Assembly: GCA_964016885.1 (NCBI GenBank)
Contig: OZ024741.1
Location: forward strand, 41,788,001-41,852,000
Reading direction: 5' to 3'
Source of the DNA: Eledone cirrhosa
Taxonomy: Eukaryota
Length of the DNA: 64,000 nt
Under the pieces are notes generated by a model that worked only from the letters and a program-made list of their open reading frames with translations, was not told the origin of the DNA and made no database searches. Below are positions 12,679 through 24,284 of this stretch, in pieces. The translations under genes and the position numbers were made by a program. Numbering within the stretch: position 1 is the stretch's first letter; each line of letters begins with the position of its first letter.

Positions 12679-12884
12679 TTAACCCTTTAGCATTTAAACT
12701 GGCCATATCCAGCCAGAAATCTCTCACCTCTTTCTGTTCAAACTGGCTGTAACCAGCTGCTCATACTGATGTTAAGGTATTGTTCTCAAAATAAATAATA
12801 TAAAAATCTCATAGATTCGATATTAAGTGAGATAAAGCCTTTACTACAAAAATACAATAGTAAATATAGAGTAATGTAAATGCT
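12679..12884 (+). mobile_element. piggyBac-type MITE, family A (right TIR truncated)
   Basis: Left TTAA plus TIR intact; body matches family A. Confidence 0.8.
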
Positions 12885-13179
12885 TTGTGTATGTAAAAAA
12901 TAAAATAAGGTCATTAACTTCTAGTATCATCAGTAGAGTTATGAAAAGTCAGACAAATTTAGTCAAATGAAATCTGAGAAATTCCAAGGCTCCCAGAGAT
13001 GTGGTTCTGTGTAGAAATGGAATTTAATAAAAATTTATTACATTCTTTTGTATTAAAATAAAATTTTCTCTTTAACATTTTTCTTAAAAGATAGTTATTG
13101 ATGATGACTAAATGATGGTGATGACAACAATACTAATGTGGTGCAGATAATGAGGACAGTAACAATAGTGATGATAGCA

Positions 13180-13286
13180 ATAATTGTTTCTACTTTAGGG
13201 ACAAGGCCAGCAATTACCCAGTGCATTACTGGTACTTTATTTTATCGACCCCATAAGGATGAAAGGCAAAGTCAACCTCGGCGGGA
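13180..13286 (-). mobile_element. SINE family 1, 3' half
   Basis: Matches 1660-1766. Confidence 0.75.
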
Positions 13287-13287
13287 G

Positions 13288-13661
13288 CAATAATGATGAT
13301 GATAATGATAAATGATGGTAGTTGAGATGATAATGATGGTGGTGATGGTGATGGTGATGATGGTGATGATGGTGGTGGTGATGATGGTGATGGTGAAGGT
13401 GGTGGTGGTGAAGGTGGTGGTGAAGGTGGTGGTGGTGAAGGTGGTGGTGAAGATGGTGGTGGTGGTGGTGGTGAAGGTGGGGATGACAACTCTAGAGATA
13501 GTGGCTGATGAAAATGATGATGATGATGATTGTAATGGTTATAATGATAGTGTTGACAGCCATAACGATAATGACTGATGATAACAAGGAAGATAATGAT
13601 AGAGATGTCAACTATAATGATGATAATGATGATGATGATAATGATGATGATGATAATGATA

Positions 13662-13696
<35 letters not shown>

Positions 13697-14775
13697 AATG
13701 ATGATGATGATGATAGTGACAATGATGATGATGATGAAGATAGTGATAATGATGTCAAAGGGAAGGACCATACCAAGCAACTGTAACAATTTTGGGGACA
13801 ACGTGATAATCACATGGACACAGATAATGACGGTATTAAGAACACGATGACAATAACAACAACAAGGATAATTATGGACAACAATAATAATAATAACGAT
13901 AATGACAACAACAATAACAACAATAACGATAATGACAACAACAATAACAACAATAAAGATAAAGACAACAACAATAACAACAATAAAGATGACAACAACA
14001 ATAACAACAATAAAGATAATGACAATAACAATAACAACAACAATAACTAACAATAATAAAGATAATGAGGACAACAATAACAACAACAATAACAATAACA
14101 ATAATAAAGATAATGAGGACAACAATAACAATAACAATAACAATAACAATAATAAAGATAATGAGGACAACAATAACAACAACAATAAAGATAATTACAA
14201 AAATAACAATGATGACAATAGTGATGTGACTGATAAAATAATGCTAATAGTAGTAGTAGTAGTGGTGGTGGTGGTGGTAGTGGTGGTGGTGGTAGTGGTG
14301 GTGGTGGTAGTGGTGGTGGTGGTGGTGGTAGTGGTGGTGGTGGTGGTGGTGGTAGTGGTGGAAGTATTATTAGTTGTAGTAATAATAGTGGTGGTGGTAA
14401 TACTGGTGGTGGTAGTAGTAATGATAGTAGTAGTGGTGGTGGTAGTAGTAGCGGTGGTGGTAGTAGTAGCGGTGGTGGTAGTAGTAGCGGTGGTGGTGGT
14501 AGCGGTGGTGGTGGTAGCGGTGGTGGTGGTGGTGGTGGTAGCGGTGGTGGTGGTGGTGGTGGTGATGGTAGCGGTGGTGGTGGTAGCGGTGGTGGTGGTA
14601 GCGGTGGTGGTGATGGTAGCAGTGGTGGTGATGGTAGCAGTGGTGGTAGTAGCAGTGGTGGTGGTAGCGGTGGTGGTGGTAGTAGTAGCAGTGGTAGTTG
14701 CAGTCGTGGTAGCAGTAGTATTAGCAGTAGTAGTAGTAGTTACAGCAGTAGTAGTAATAGCAGTAGGAGAAGTAA
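13288..14775. repeat. Compound trinucleotide microsatellite (GAT/GGT, GAT, AAC/AAT, GTG/GTA)
   Basis: Visible directly; accounts for the homopolymeric ORFs in the track. Confidence 0.95.
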
Positions 14776-15105
14776 TATTCAATATTTGCCAATAATTTAT
14801 TTTCTCAAGCAGAATTACAATTCAAATTAGTTTGTTTTACTATCGTTTTATTGTTGTTTTTTATTCATATCTTCTTTGTTTACTAATTTAAAATATTTTG
14901 GTAATGCCAACAGGAACTAAATTCATGGCTTAATGAAACTAATAGAAAATTTATGACTTAATTCTAGACAAATACAAGCCACAAGGTGAAGGTAAATATC
15001 ATTTGAATAACTTACAAACAGCCAAGCTAAATGTGTGCGTATGTATATATATCCAGAAATAGCCGTCGAAACGGCTTGAGCTCTGCCGTCGGGGTCATAC
15101 TTTTT

Positions 15106-15139
<34 letters not shown>

Positions 15140-15380
15140 CCTCCATCATGGATCAACTAAGCCCCCTTGCTATATTAACCCATTTTGAACTGCTTATCTT
15201 CAAGAACTAATCCTGTAAATAACATTATTTTTTCTTTCACATTGCCTTATTATGCTCCACATTACGCCCCTTTTTTTCTTTTTTCTTTTCACTTCATAAA
15301 CCTTGTTTGTAAATAACATTATTCTTTCTGCACCATTTCTTTAACATGTCCAACACCACCATTCTACACCAATACATATT

Positions 15381-15428
15381 ATTATCATTTGATAATGCAT
15401 AAAAATGCTGAAACCGGTAATAGACAAT
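15381..15428 (+). ncRNA. Degenerate minimal type-I hammerhead ribozyme motif
   Basis: TTGATAA (for CTGATGA), stem II gcat/atgc, GAAA, palindromic CCGG, TA, and a partial stem I. Confidence 0.35.
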
Positions 15429-15641
15429 TATTAAATATATAAATAAATAAATAAATGCCATTGTTAATTAATAAATAAATCAACTAATACCTTAACACTT
15501 CACACAAAGTAAAATATTTCGTTTTAATCATTTTCTAACCCAGAAAAAAGAGAGAGAGAAATAAAAAAGGAAAAAAATATATTTTTCTTCCTAATAATCA
15601 TCTTTTTCTCCCTGTTTTCATATATATATGTATATATATAT

Positions 15642-15863
15642 ATCATCATCGTTTAACGTCCATCTTCCACGCTAGCATGGGTTAAATGGGAATTGTCCCA
15701 CTTCAGGCAAGATTAGTCGGGTGCCGTGTCTCGCTCGCTTCCTAACACCAACCACAATACAGCGTGAACTGTGTTTTTTTGTCGTGACACCTACACAACC
15801 TCATTAGTTTGGACTGGATGTTGTGGTACCAACATAACTGCTCCCCTGATCTATAGGTGATCA
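15642..15863 (-). mobile_element. Internally deleted RTE fragment
   Basis: RTE 3' UTR and tail joined to ~22 nt (tcccctgatctataggtgatca) identical to the endonuclease region at about 19314-19335. Confidence 0.8.
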
Positions 15864-15864
15864 G

Positions 15865-15896
<32 letters not shown>

Positions 15897-15942
15897 GTCG
15901 ATATGTATATGTATATATATGTCGATCGATTGGTTATTGATT

Positions 15943-16065
15943 AGGTGATACCTGCTGATGAAGCCGCATAAGCCGATTGTGCATTGTTGCATAATAAATG
16001 CAGACAGATGGTGCAGTGCACCTTACTGCTGCATTAGTGCTGCAGAAACTCGAGTCCGGGAACCT
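15943..16065 (+). ncRNA. Type-I hammerhead ribozyme-like motif with long stem II
   Basis: cctg-CTGATGA (15955-61) ... GAAA (16045-48)-CTCGAG-TC-cggg. Canonical GUC triplet and palindromic stem III; stem I extends through aggt/acct. The stem II closing position is an A-A mismatch. Confidence 0.55.
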
Positions 16066-16513
16066 TATAGGCACCCGTTTTACGTGTGTTGTGTTGAGGC
16101 AAATAACTGTGTATACTCTGGTAATGTATCTTACATTGCCCATTGAGTGCGTTGAGATACAACCGGTACTGGCATTGATAAATATGCTGGGTCCGTCAAC
16201 CCTTATTATATATGTATATATATATATAAAACCAATACATATATGTTTATAGAGAGAGGGAAAGAGCCATATATCATAAGATAAACACGGTATATTATAT
16301 ATATACCAAATACATTTTCTTCTATTGAATATACCATGTTTCTCTTACAATATATAGCCCTTTCTCTCTATATATATAAACATATATCTATATATATCTT
16401 TTAATTTGGTTATTATGGCACTAGATAAAGTCTATTGAGCACACTTATTGAGAAACACAAAATTCTAAGCTATCTGTTACGTTTTGATTTATCATTTATA
16501 TATATATAGACAG

Positions 16514-16559
16514 AGAAAAGAAATAGGATTTCGCTTAAGCGAAATCCTATTTCTTTTCT
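16514..16559. repeat. Perfect 46-bp palindrome centred on TTAA
   Basis: agaaaagaaataggatttcgctt|aagcgaaatcctatttcttttct. Confidence 0.95.
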
Positions 16560-16684
16560 GTTATAAGTTGAGCCAACTTATACAGCTTCATATGCAAATG
16601 AGATTAATCACCTCATTTACACAGAAGAGAAAAGTATATATTCTCGCCTGTCTTCTAGTCCAGCAGTCGCAAGCGGTGGGAGGG

Positions 16685-16728
16685 ACTGTCCCGAAGAAGG
16701 CCAGTCAAGCCTGAAATGCAGAGACGGT
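16685..16728 (+). ncRNA. Degenerate minimal type-I hammerhead motif
   Basis: Stem I actgtc/gacggt, CCGAAGA, stem II aggc/gcct, GAAA, palindromic TGCA, then GA instead of UH; two core substitutions. Confidence 0.5.
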
Positions 16729-16751
16729 TGTCCTCCTTACTTCTGCTGGAC

Positions 16752-19700
16752 ATCATTTATTTAGGACTGGATGTTGTGGTACCAACATAACTTTACAGAG
16801 AAAGGAGTGGTGTAGATGGGGGTGGGGGTAGGGGTAGTGGAATGGGGGTGTATTTTTGGTTAGGTGCCTACTGACTGTAGGTTTCGCTTTGTACTTAGGC
16901 AAGGCAGGTCTTCTGTATTACTGTGTAGCGCCAAAGATCTCGGTCCAGTGACATTGTCTTGGAGAGGTGTGTGAGGTCAGAATTTATCAAATCGTCCCAG
17001 GTTTTTCTGGGTCTGCCTACTCTGTAGCTTCCCTCTATTTTGATCGCCCTGCATTTTTTTATACAGCTGTCGTCTTTCATGCGCATCACATGACCATACC
17101 AACGTAGTCTTCTCTCGAGTAAACAGCATCTGATCCCTCTTATTCCTATTTTCTCAGTTCATTTATGCTTTGCCGTTCAATTATATTACTATTACACATC
17201 CAACAGAGCATGCATGCTTCGTTCCTCTCCAGTCTGCGCAGATCCTCTGCACACAATGCCCAAGTCTCACTGCCATGTCTCACATTGCTGTTCGTATACA
17301 GGCATCATACAGTCTAACTTTCATTTTTAAAGAGAAACCTTTAGCGGCTAATAGTGGTATAAGCTCTCTGAACTTTTTCCATCCTGTTCTGACTCTAGCT
17401 ACTGTACTTTCAGAGCACCTTCCACCACTGCTGATTTTGTCACCCAGTTAACGGAAGGTGTCCACTATTTCTATAGAATCATCTGGGCAATGGAAGGAGC
17501 TAGTATCCTGGGCACTTGCTACTACTTATTACACCTGAGCACCAGCCACATATAAAATCTATATTCTTAGTTAGCTTACCTGTGATCCCACTACATCTTT
17601 TTTATGAACCTATATTTTGCATTTGAGACATAAAATGGAGTTTCTGCCTACTCCTTTCAACACACTAAGCATGGCCATTTCCCAGAGGGGACCAGTGCCC
17701 TATTTTCCTTTCTACTTACTAGAACTTTAATTTTAGACAAGTTAATTTTAAGGCCTTTTGATTCTAGGCCATGCTTCCATGTTTGGAATTTCTTCTCTAG
17801 TTCAGCCATTGATTCAGCTATGAGCATTAGATCATCTGCGTATAGAAGTTCCCATGGGCAGCCAGTCTTGAACTCCTCTGTTATAGTCTGAGGGGCAATA
17901 ATAAATATGAGGGGGCTAAAGACAGAGCCCTGATGAACACCAACTTTTATGCTAAATTCTTCACGATATTCATTGTTAATTCTAACCTTGCTGACTGTTT
18001 CTTTATACATGGCTTGTATAGCTCTCATGAGCCATTCATCAACACCTAGTTTTCTAAGAGCCCACCAGATAATGGAGTAGGGGACTCTGTCAAAGGCTTT
18101 CTCCAAGTCAACAAAAGCTAAGTATAGGGGTTTACTTTTAGCTAGGTACTTCTCCTGTAGTTGTCGTACAATGAAAAGAGCATCTGTGGTACTTTTACCT
18201 GACACAAACCCAAACTGCATTTCATCTAGATCAATTCACTCTCTGATTAGTTGCACTATAGCTTTTTCTGTGACCTTCATGACCTGGTCAATTAATTTAA
18301 TGCCTCTATAGTTTCTCCTATCTAGGGCACCTCCTTTACCCTTGTAGCAGTTAATGATGATACTGCTACGCCAGTCGTTTGGTATGACCCCATTCTGTAT
18401 GACTTGGTTTACTATCCGGGTGACCATAGTGTGTCCCACTGATCCAGATGCTTTCAGCATTTCAGCAACTATCTCCGAAGGCCCAGCTGCTTTGCCTGTC
18501 TTCATATCTTTGATTGCCTTATTTATTATACTACCTTCAACTTGCACTGCTGGTCCCTCTATTGGATCGATTTGGGGCAGACTATCTATTTCCCACCTAT
18601 TCTCCTCATATAGTAGCCTCTCGTAGTGAAACTTCCAAGCTACCCTCTTATCAGTATCAGTGATGGCAAGTATACCATCATCATTACGGACACACTTCTC
18701 CCCGACAATATCACGGTTTTCCTTGACACATTGTCTAGCAATCCTGAACACCTCACGCTTTTGGTCATCGCGTTGTAGAACATGCTTGAACTTTTTTTTC
18801 TCTGCTTCCCTTCTTGCAAGGTACACTTGTCTCCTAGCTTCCCTCCTGGCCACATGATAGTGTTCTCTACTTCCCCCATCCCGCCATACTTTCCAAGCTT
18901 GCTTTTTGGCCTTGATTGACTCCTCCACCTTACTGTTCCACCACCATGTTACTCTCCTCCTGCCTATAGGTCTGCTCCAGCCACAGATTTCATCTGTCGC
19001 CTTCAGCAGGTTAACTTTCAGGAATTCCCACTGTTCCTCTATATTGTACGTCTCTAATTACTCTTCCTCACTGTCAAAAGCATCAAGTAGTATGCTTTTA
19101 AATTTGTTACTCGCTGTGGAGTCCTTTAATTTCCATATTCTTCATCTCAGGGTAGTCCTCCTCTGTTGTCGAGTACATCTCGTCCTGACTATGAGGTCAC
19201 TAACTATGAGGCTATGTTGGGAGGTGCATTCTTCGTGGGGGAGGGATTTACTGTTTACAACAGACACTCTGTCACGTCTTCTGGTAAGGATATAATCTAT
19301 CTGACTGGCGTGTTCCCCTGATCTATAGGTGATCAAGTGATTGTCTCGTTTTTTGAAATTTGTGTTACAGATAGTTGGGTTATTTGCGTCACAGAATTCC
19401 AGGATTCTGAAGCCTTCGTCATTTCTGGTACCAAACCTGTAGCGTCCATGGATTCCATCATAGCCGTCACAATGTTGTCAAACATGACCATTTAGGTTGC
19501 GCCAGCAATAATTATGTACTCACTGTCGGTTAGTTGGGAGGTAGTGGGCATTAGCGACTCATAGAATCTGTCTTTTATAACGCCAGGCATTTCAGATTGG
19601 GGTGCGTAAGCAGATATTATTGTCACAGTAGTTCTATTTAGGACAAGTCTTATTTTGATTATTCTGTCGTTCACTCTATTCACGTCAATTACCTAATCTA

Positions 19701-20170
19701 CCCATTTTTCTGCTAACATAATTCCTACTCCACCCAACCCATTTTCATTTCCCACCCAGAAAAGTTTATAGCATCGTTTTTTACCCACAATGAATCTAGC
19801 AGACCCACCCCTCCACTTAGTCTCTTGGACGCAACAAGCATCAACTTCCTTACATTCAAGCATCTCTACAACCTCGTTAGAGCGACCTTTTAAGGTGCCT
19901 ACATTCATGGTACCAACTCTGAAGTTTGGGATTTCGTTTGGTAGGTGGAAGGGATAGGTTGGAGGTGTAGGGAGGGGTGAGGGATATGGGGTTATGTTTG
20001 CCATCCTCGTCTGAAATAAAGAGAAATCCTTGCATTTTCGTCCGGCCACATGAGGTGAATTTATCTTTATCTTTGACATTGTCATTTGAGTGTCCAGATT
20101 CTTCGTACTCTCCAGAATTCTACAGTCCATCTAGCATATCAAAGGCAACCAGGTTTAAACTTAAGGAGTG
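16752..20170 (-). mobile_element. Near-full-length RTE-clade non-LTR retrotransposon (APE endonuclease + RT), pseudogenised
   Basis: Collinear ORF pieces: GTMNV...CVQETKW and ISAYAPQ (APE), QIDYIL, NYRGIKL, QFGF...AFVDLEKAFDRV, GVHQGS and LLYADD (RT), then GRPRKTW. Several frameshifts and stops; the distal 3' tail is absent. The 5' UTR may extend to about 20420. Confidence 0.95.
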
Positions 20171-20331
20171 AATAGCTGAGGCAGTGATTTTGTGTAAGAG
20201 ATTGGTAAGAGAAATGTATAAGCTACTGAATTATGATTGGACCATCTAATAATAGTGGCGAGTGGGGGTGGTGGGGAGGGATATGGGGAAATTAATGAGA
20301 AGGTTATTTTTTTTTATAATCTAAACATACA

Positions 20332-20422
20332 AACGAACGTATAACAGTAATCAGTGTTTAAATACGAGAAGGTTATTAAACGAACGTATAACAGTAATCA
20401 GAGTTTAAATACAAGAAGATTG
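20332..20422. repeat. Tandem duplication of ~47 bp upstream of the RTE ORF
   Basis: aacgaacgtataacagtaatcag-gtttaaatac-agaag occurs twice. Confidence 0.85.
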
Positions 20423-20636
20423 TTTTTGAGGGTCTGACAGAATTATCGAGTAAAATTGAAAGATTGGATTCTAAGTAAATGGACCATGTAAAACATAGAG
20501 ACCATATATATAGTAATAATAATAAATGTGAAGACTAAAATCCGAAGAGGGTTCGATAAGGATTATATATATATAAGTTTCAGAAGATCCTGCTACCGAT
20601 TCTTTGCTTAAACTTTAATCTGTTATTTTAATAACT

Positions 20637-20920
20637 ATCATCATCATCACCGTTTTATGTCCGTTCTTCCACACTGGCATGGGTTAGACAGGTTGTCCTG
20701 TTGTGGGCAGTGTCCGGTCGGCTGACCTTGTCTTGCTGATACGGGAACTGATTCTGGCTTGATTTCTACAGCTGGATGCCCTTCCTATCACCAGCCTCAT
20801 TTACAGTGAGTGCTGGGAGCTTTTTTCCGTGGCACCTACACAACCACTTTACAGTGTGGGCTGCGTGTTTTTTGGCCATGGCACCTCCACGACCACTTTG
20901 CAGTGGGAGGGTGTGGGGGC
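20637..20920 (-). mobile_element. RTE-type 3' tail fragment
   Basis: (CAT)n, tttctacagctggatgcccttcct and two ~47-bp units as in the RTE and SINE tails. Confidence 0.75.
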
Positions 20921-21519
20921 ATATTGTCTATATGCTTCAGCTTCGTATGTATTGTATATTTAACAGTATACAGTATGTTTATTTACAAATATTTTGAAGG
21001 CCTTTCGCTATGGATTTTAAGGTACATGAATTTTAAGGTACATTTAAGGTATGAACATCACATACCTAGCTTCAGCAAAGGCAGGGGGAAGTAATCGATG
21101 TAATCGATGATGTACTGTTTCTCACTTTTTAGTTATTATGAAGACTACATATCCCTCAGCCTTTGCTATGCTATCGAAACTGGATTATTATAGAATTCTT
21201 ATGTTTATGAGCTGTTGAAACTCATTTGCATACAAAGCAGTTGCTAGCCCAGCATCAATTAGAAATTTGTATTGGTGCTTCGAAATAGCGATAGACATAT
21301 GAATCTACATAATATGGCATGTCTATCTAACAATATATGGTATGTCTATTTAAAATATATATACATTATAAAAAGTCTGGACCCCGACAGCTGAGCTCTT
21401 GCTGATTCAGCAGCCAGTTTCAGACTGTATACACACACAAATACACATACTGCAGCAGGCGCAGTAAGTATTCGAAATAAAAGTAATTTCATTGAAGATA
21501 CTTCAGTACTGAGGATGAA

Positions 21520-22105
21520 TGAATGGACAGGCAGAGAGAGATAAAGAGAGAGAAACAGATGGAGACAGAGAAAGTGGGATAAACAGACAGACTGAGAAAG
21601 AGAGAGACAAAGAGAGAAAAACAGACATAGAAAGACAGACAAAGAGAGAAAGACAAAGAAAGAGAGAAAGACAGGCAGAATAAAAGAAGGAGAGAAAGAC
21701 AGGCAGAGAGAAAGAGAGAAAGACAGAGAAAGAAAGAAAGAAAGACAGACAGAGAAGGAAAGAGAGAAAGACAGACAGACAAAGAAAGAGAGAAAGACAG
21801 ACATAGAAAGAGAGAAAGAAAGAGAAAGACAGACAAAGAAAGAGAGAAAGAAAGAGAGAAAGACAGACAGACAAAGAAAGAGAGAAAGACAGACAAAGAA
21901 AGAGAGAAAGAAAGAGAAAGACATACAGACAAAGAAAGAGAGAAAGAAAGAGAGAAAGACAGACAGACGAATAAAGAGAGAAAGAAAGAGAGAAAGACAG
22001 ACAGACAAATAAAGAGAGAAAGACAGACAAAGAAAGAAAGAGAGAAAGACAGACAAAGGAAAAAAAGAGAGAAAGACATACAAAAAGAGAATAGAGAAAG
22101 ACAGA

Positions 22106-22161
<56 letters not shown>

Positions 22162-22536
22162 AAGAGAGAGATAGAGAAAGACAGTCAAAGAGAGAGAGAG
22201 ACAGACAAAGAGAGAGAGAGAGAGACAGACAAAGAGAGAGATAGAGAAAGACAGACAAAGAAAGAGAGAGACAGACAGACAGAGAAAGAAAGAGAGAAAG
22301 ACAGACAGAGAAAGAGAGAAAGACAGACAGAGAAAGAGAGAAAGACAGACAGAGAAAGAAAGAGAGAAAGACAGACAGAGAAAGAAAGAGAGAAAGACAG
22401 ACAGACAGATAAAGAAAGACAGACAAAGAAAGAGAGAAAGAAAGAGAAAGAGAGAAAGACAGACAAAAAGAGAGATAGAGAAAGACAGACAAAGAGAGAA
22501 AGAGAGAGAAAGACAGTCAAGAGAGAGAGAGACGGA

Positions 22537-22568
<32 letters not shown>

Positions 22569-23730
22569 CGAAGAGAGAGATAGAGAAAGACAGACAAAGA
22601 AAGAGAGAGACAGACAGACAAAGAAAGAAAGAGAGAAAGACAGACAGAAAAAGAGAGAAAGACAGACAGAGAAAGAGAGAAAGACAGACAGAGAAAGAAA
22701 GAGAGAAAGACAGAGAAAGAAAGAGAGAAAGACAGACAGAGAAAGAAAGAGAGAAAGACAGACAGAGAAAGAAAGAGAGAAAGACAGACAGAGAAAGAAA
22801 GAGAGAAAGACAGACAGACAGATAAAGAAAGACAGACAAAGAAAGAGAGAAAGAAAGAGAAAGAAAAAGAAAGAGAAAGAGAGAAAGACAGACAGACAAA
22901 GAAAGAGAGAAAGACAGACAGACAAAGAAAGAGAGAAAGAAAGAGAGAGACAAAGAAAGAAAGAAAGGGAGAAAGACAGACAAAGGAAAAGAGAGAAAGA
23001 CAGACAAAGAGAGAGATAGAGAGAGAAAGACAGACAAAGAGAGATAGAGAGAGACAGACAAAGAAAGAGAGAGAAAGACAGAGAAAGAAAGAGAGAGACA
23101 GACAGACAGACAGAGAAAGACAGAGAAAGAGAGAAAGAAAGAAAGAAAGACAGACAGAGAAAGAAAGAGAGAAAGACAGACAGAGAAAGAAAGAGAGAAA
23201 GAAAGAGAGAAAGACAGACAGAGAAAGAGAGAAAGACAGACAGAGAAAGACAGATAGAGAAAGACAGATAGAGAAAGCTAGAGACAAAGACAGACAAAGA
23301 AAGAGAGAAAGAGAGAAAGACAGACAAAGAAAGAAAGAGAGTAAGACAGACAGACAGACAAGGAAAGAGAGAAATACAGAGAAAGAGAGAAAGACAAAGA
23401 AAGAGAGAAAGAGAGAAAGACAAAGAAAGAGAGAAAGAGAGAGAGATAGACAAAGAAAGAGAGAAAGAGAGAGAGATAGACAAAGAAAGAGAGAAAGAGA
23501 GAGATAGACAAAGAAAGAGAGAAAGAGAGAGAGATAGACAGAGAAAGAGAGAAAGACAGACAAAGAAAGAGAGAAAGACAGACAAAGAAAGTGAGAAAGA
23601 CAGACAAAGAAAGAGAGAAAGACAGACAAAGAAAGACAGAGAAAAGAAGGATAAAAGGAGAGAGAGAAAGAGAAAGAGACAGGGACAAAAGGAGAGAGAG
23701 AGAGAGATACAGAGCAAGAGGGAGAAGAGT
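21520..23730. repeat. 2.2-kb purine-rich (AG/AGAC/AAAG) compound satellite
   Basis: Visible directly; source of the spurious S/L/F/C-rich ORFs. Confidence 0.95.
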
Positions 23731-24111
23731 CCTATTGATGTGTTCATTAAATAGTATTAGCCATTAGATCTTTACAAACTCTACATCCAATTTCTTCACA
23801 AATTTCTTTACATAACACACACAAAGTGAAAAAGACATCTTTACAAATTTCTATATATTAAATAACATATTTGAATTTAGTGTACTGAATTATAACTAAT
23901 TATCTCTCTCACATGGTGGAACTGGTGAAATTTCATAACCATAGTAATGGTTTTAATAACAATATTACTAGTTTGCAGGTTAGCTTGATGTTGTTGTTCC
24001 AGCACACACCTAGATAGCTACAGCTGGCCTTGTACAAGGCTGCAAAGCATAAGAGGTTTCTTGGGTGTTTTATGATTAGGGCTCCAGCTTTGTTATGGGT
24101 GGTTAACTTCT

Positions 24112-24284
24112 TTAACCCTTTAGGATTTAAACTGCCCATATCCAGTCAGAATTCTCTCACCTTTTTCTACTCAAACCAGCCATAACTGGCTACTCATACT
24201 GATGTTAAGGTATTGTTCTCAAAATAAATAATATTAAAATCTTACAATGGTAAATATAGAGTAATGCAAATGCTAAAGGGTTAA
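24112..24284 (+). mobile_element. piggyBac-type MITE, family A (internal deletion)
   Basis: Both TTAA and both TIRs present. Confidence 0.85.

Noticed and set aside
13226-14795. Long ORFs of poly-V/T/I/N/D
   Set aside because: Translations of trinucleotide microsatellites, open in several frames on both strands.
21130-21195. ATGAAGA...GAAACTGG hammerhead-like order
   Set aside because: Core mismatches and weak stems; indistinguishable from chance.
21346-23747. ORFs of 329-571 aa rich in S/L/F/C
   Set aside because: The CT-rich strand of a purine satellite simply lacks stop codons.
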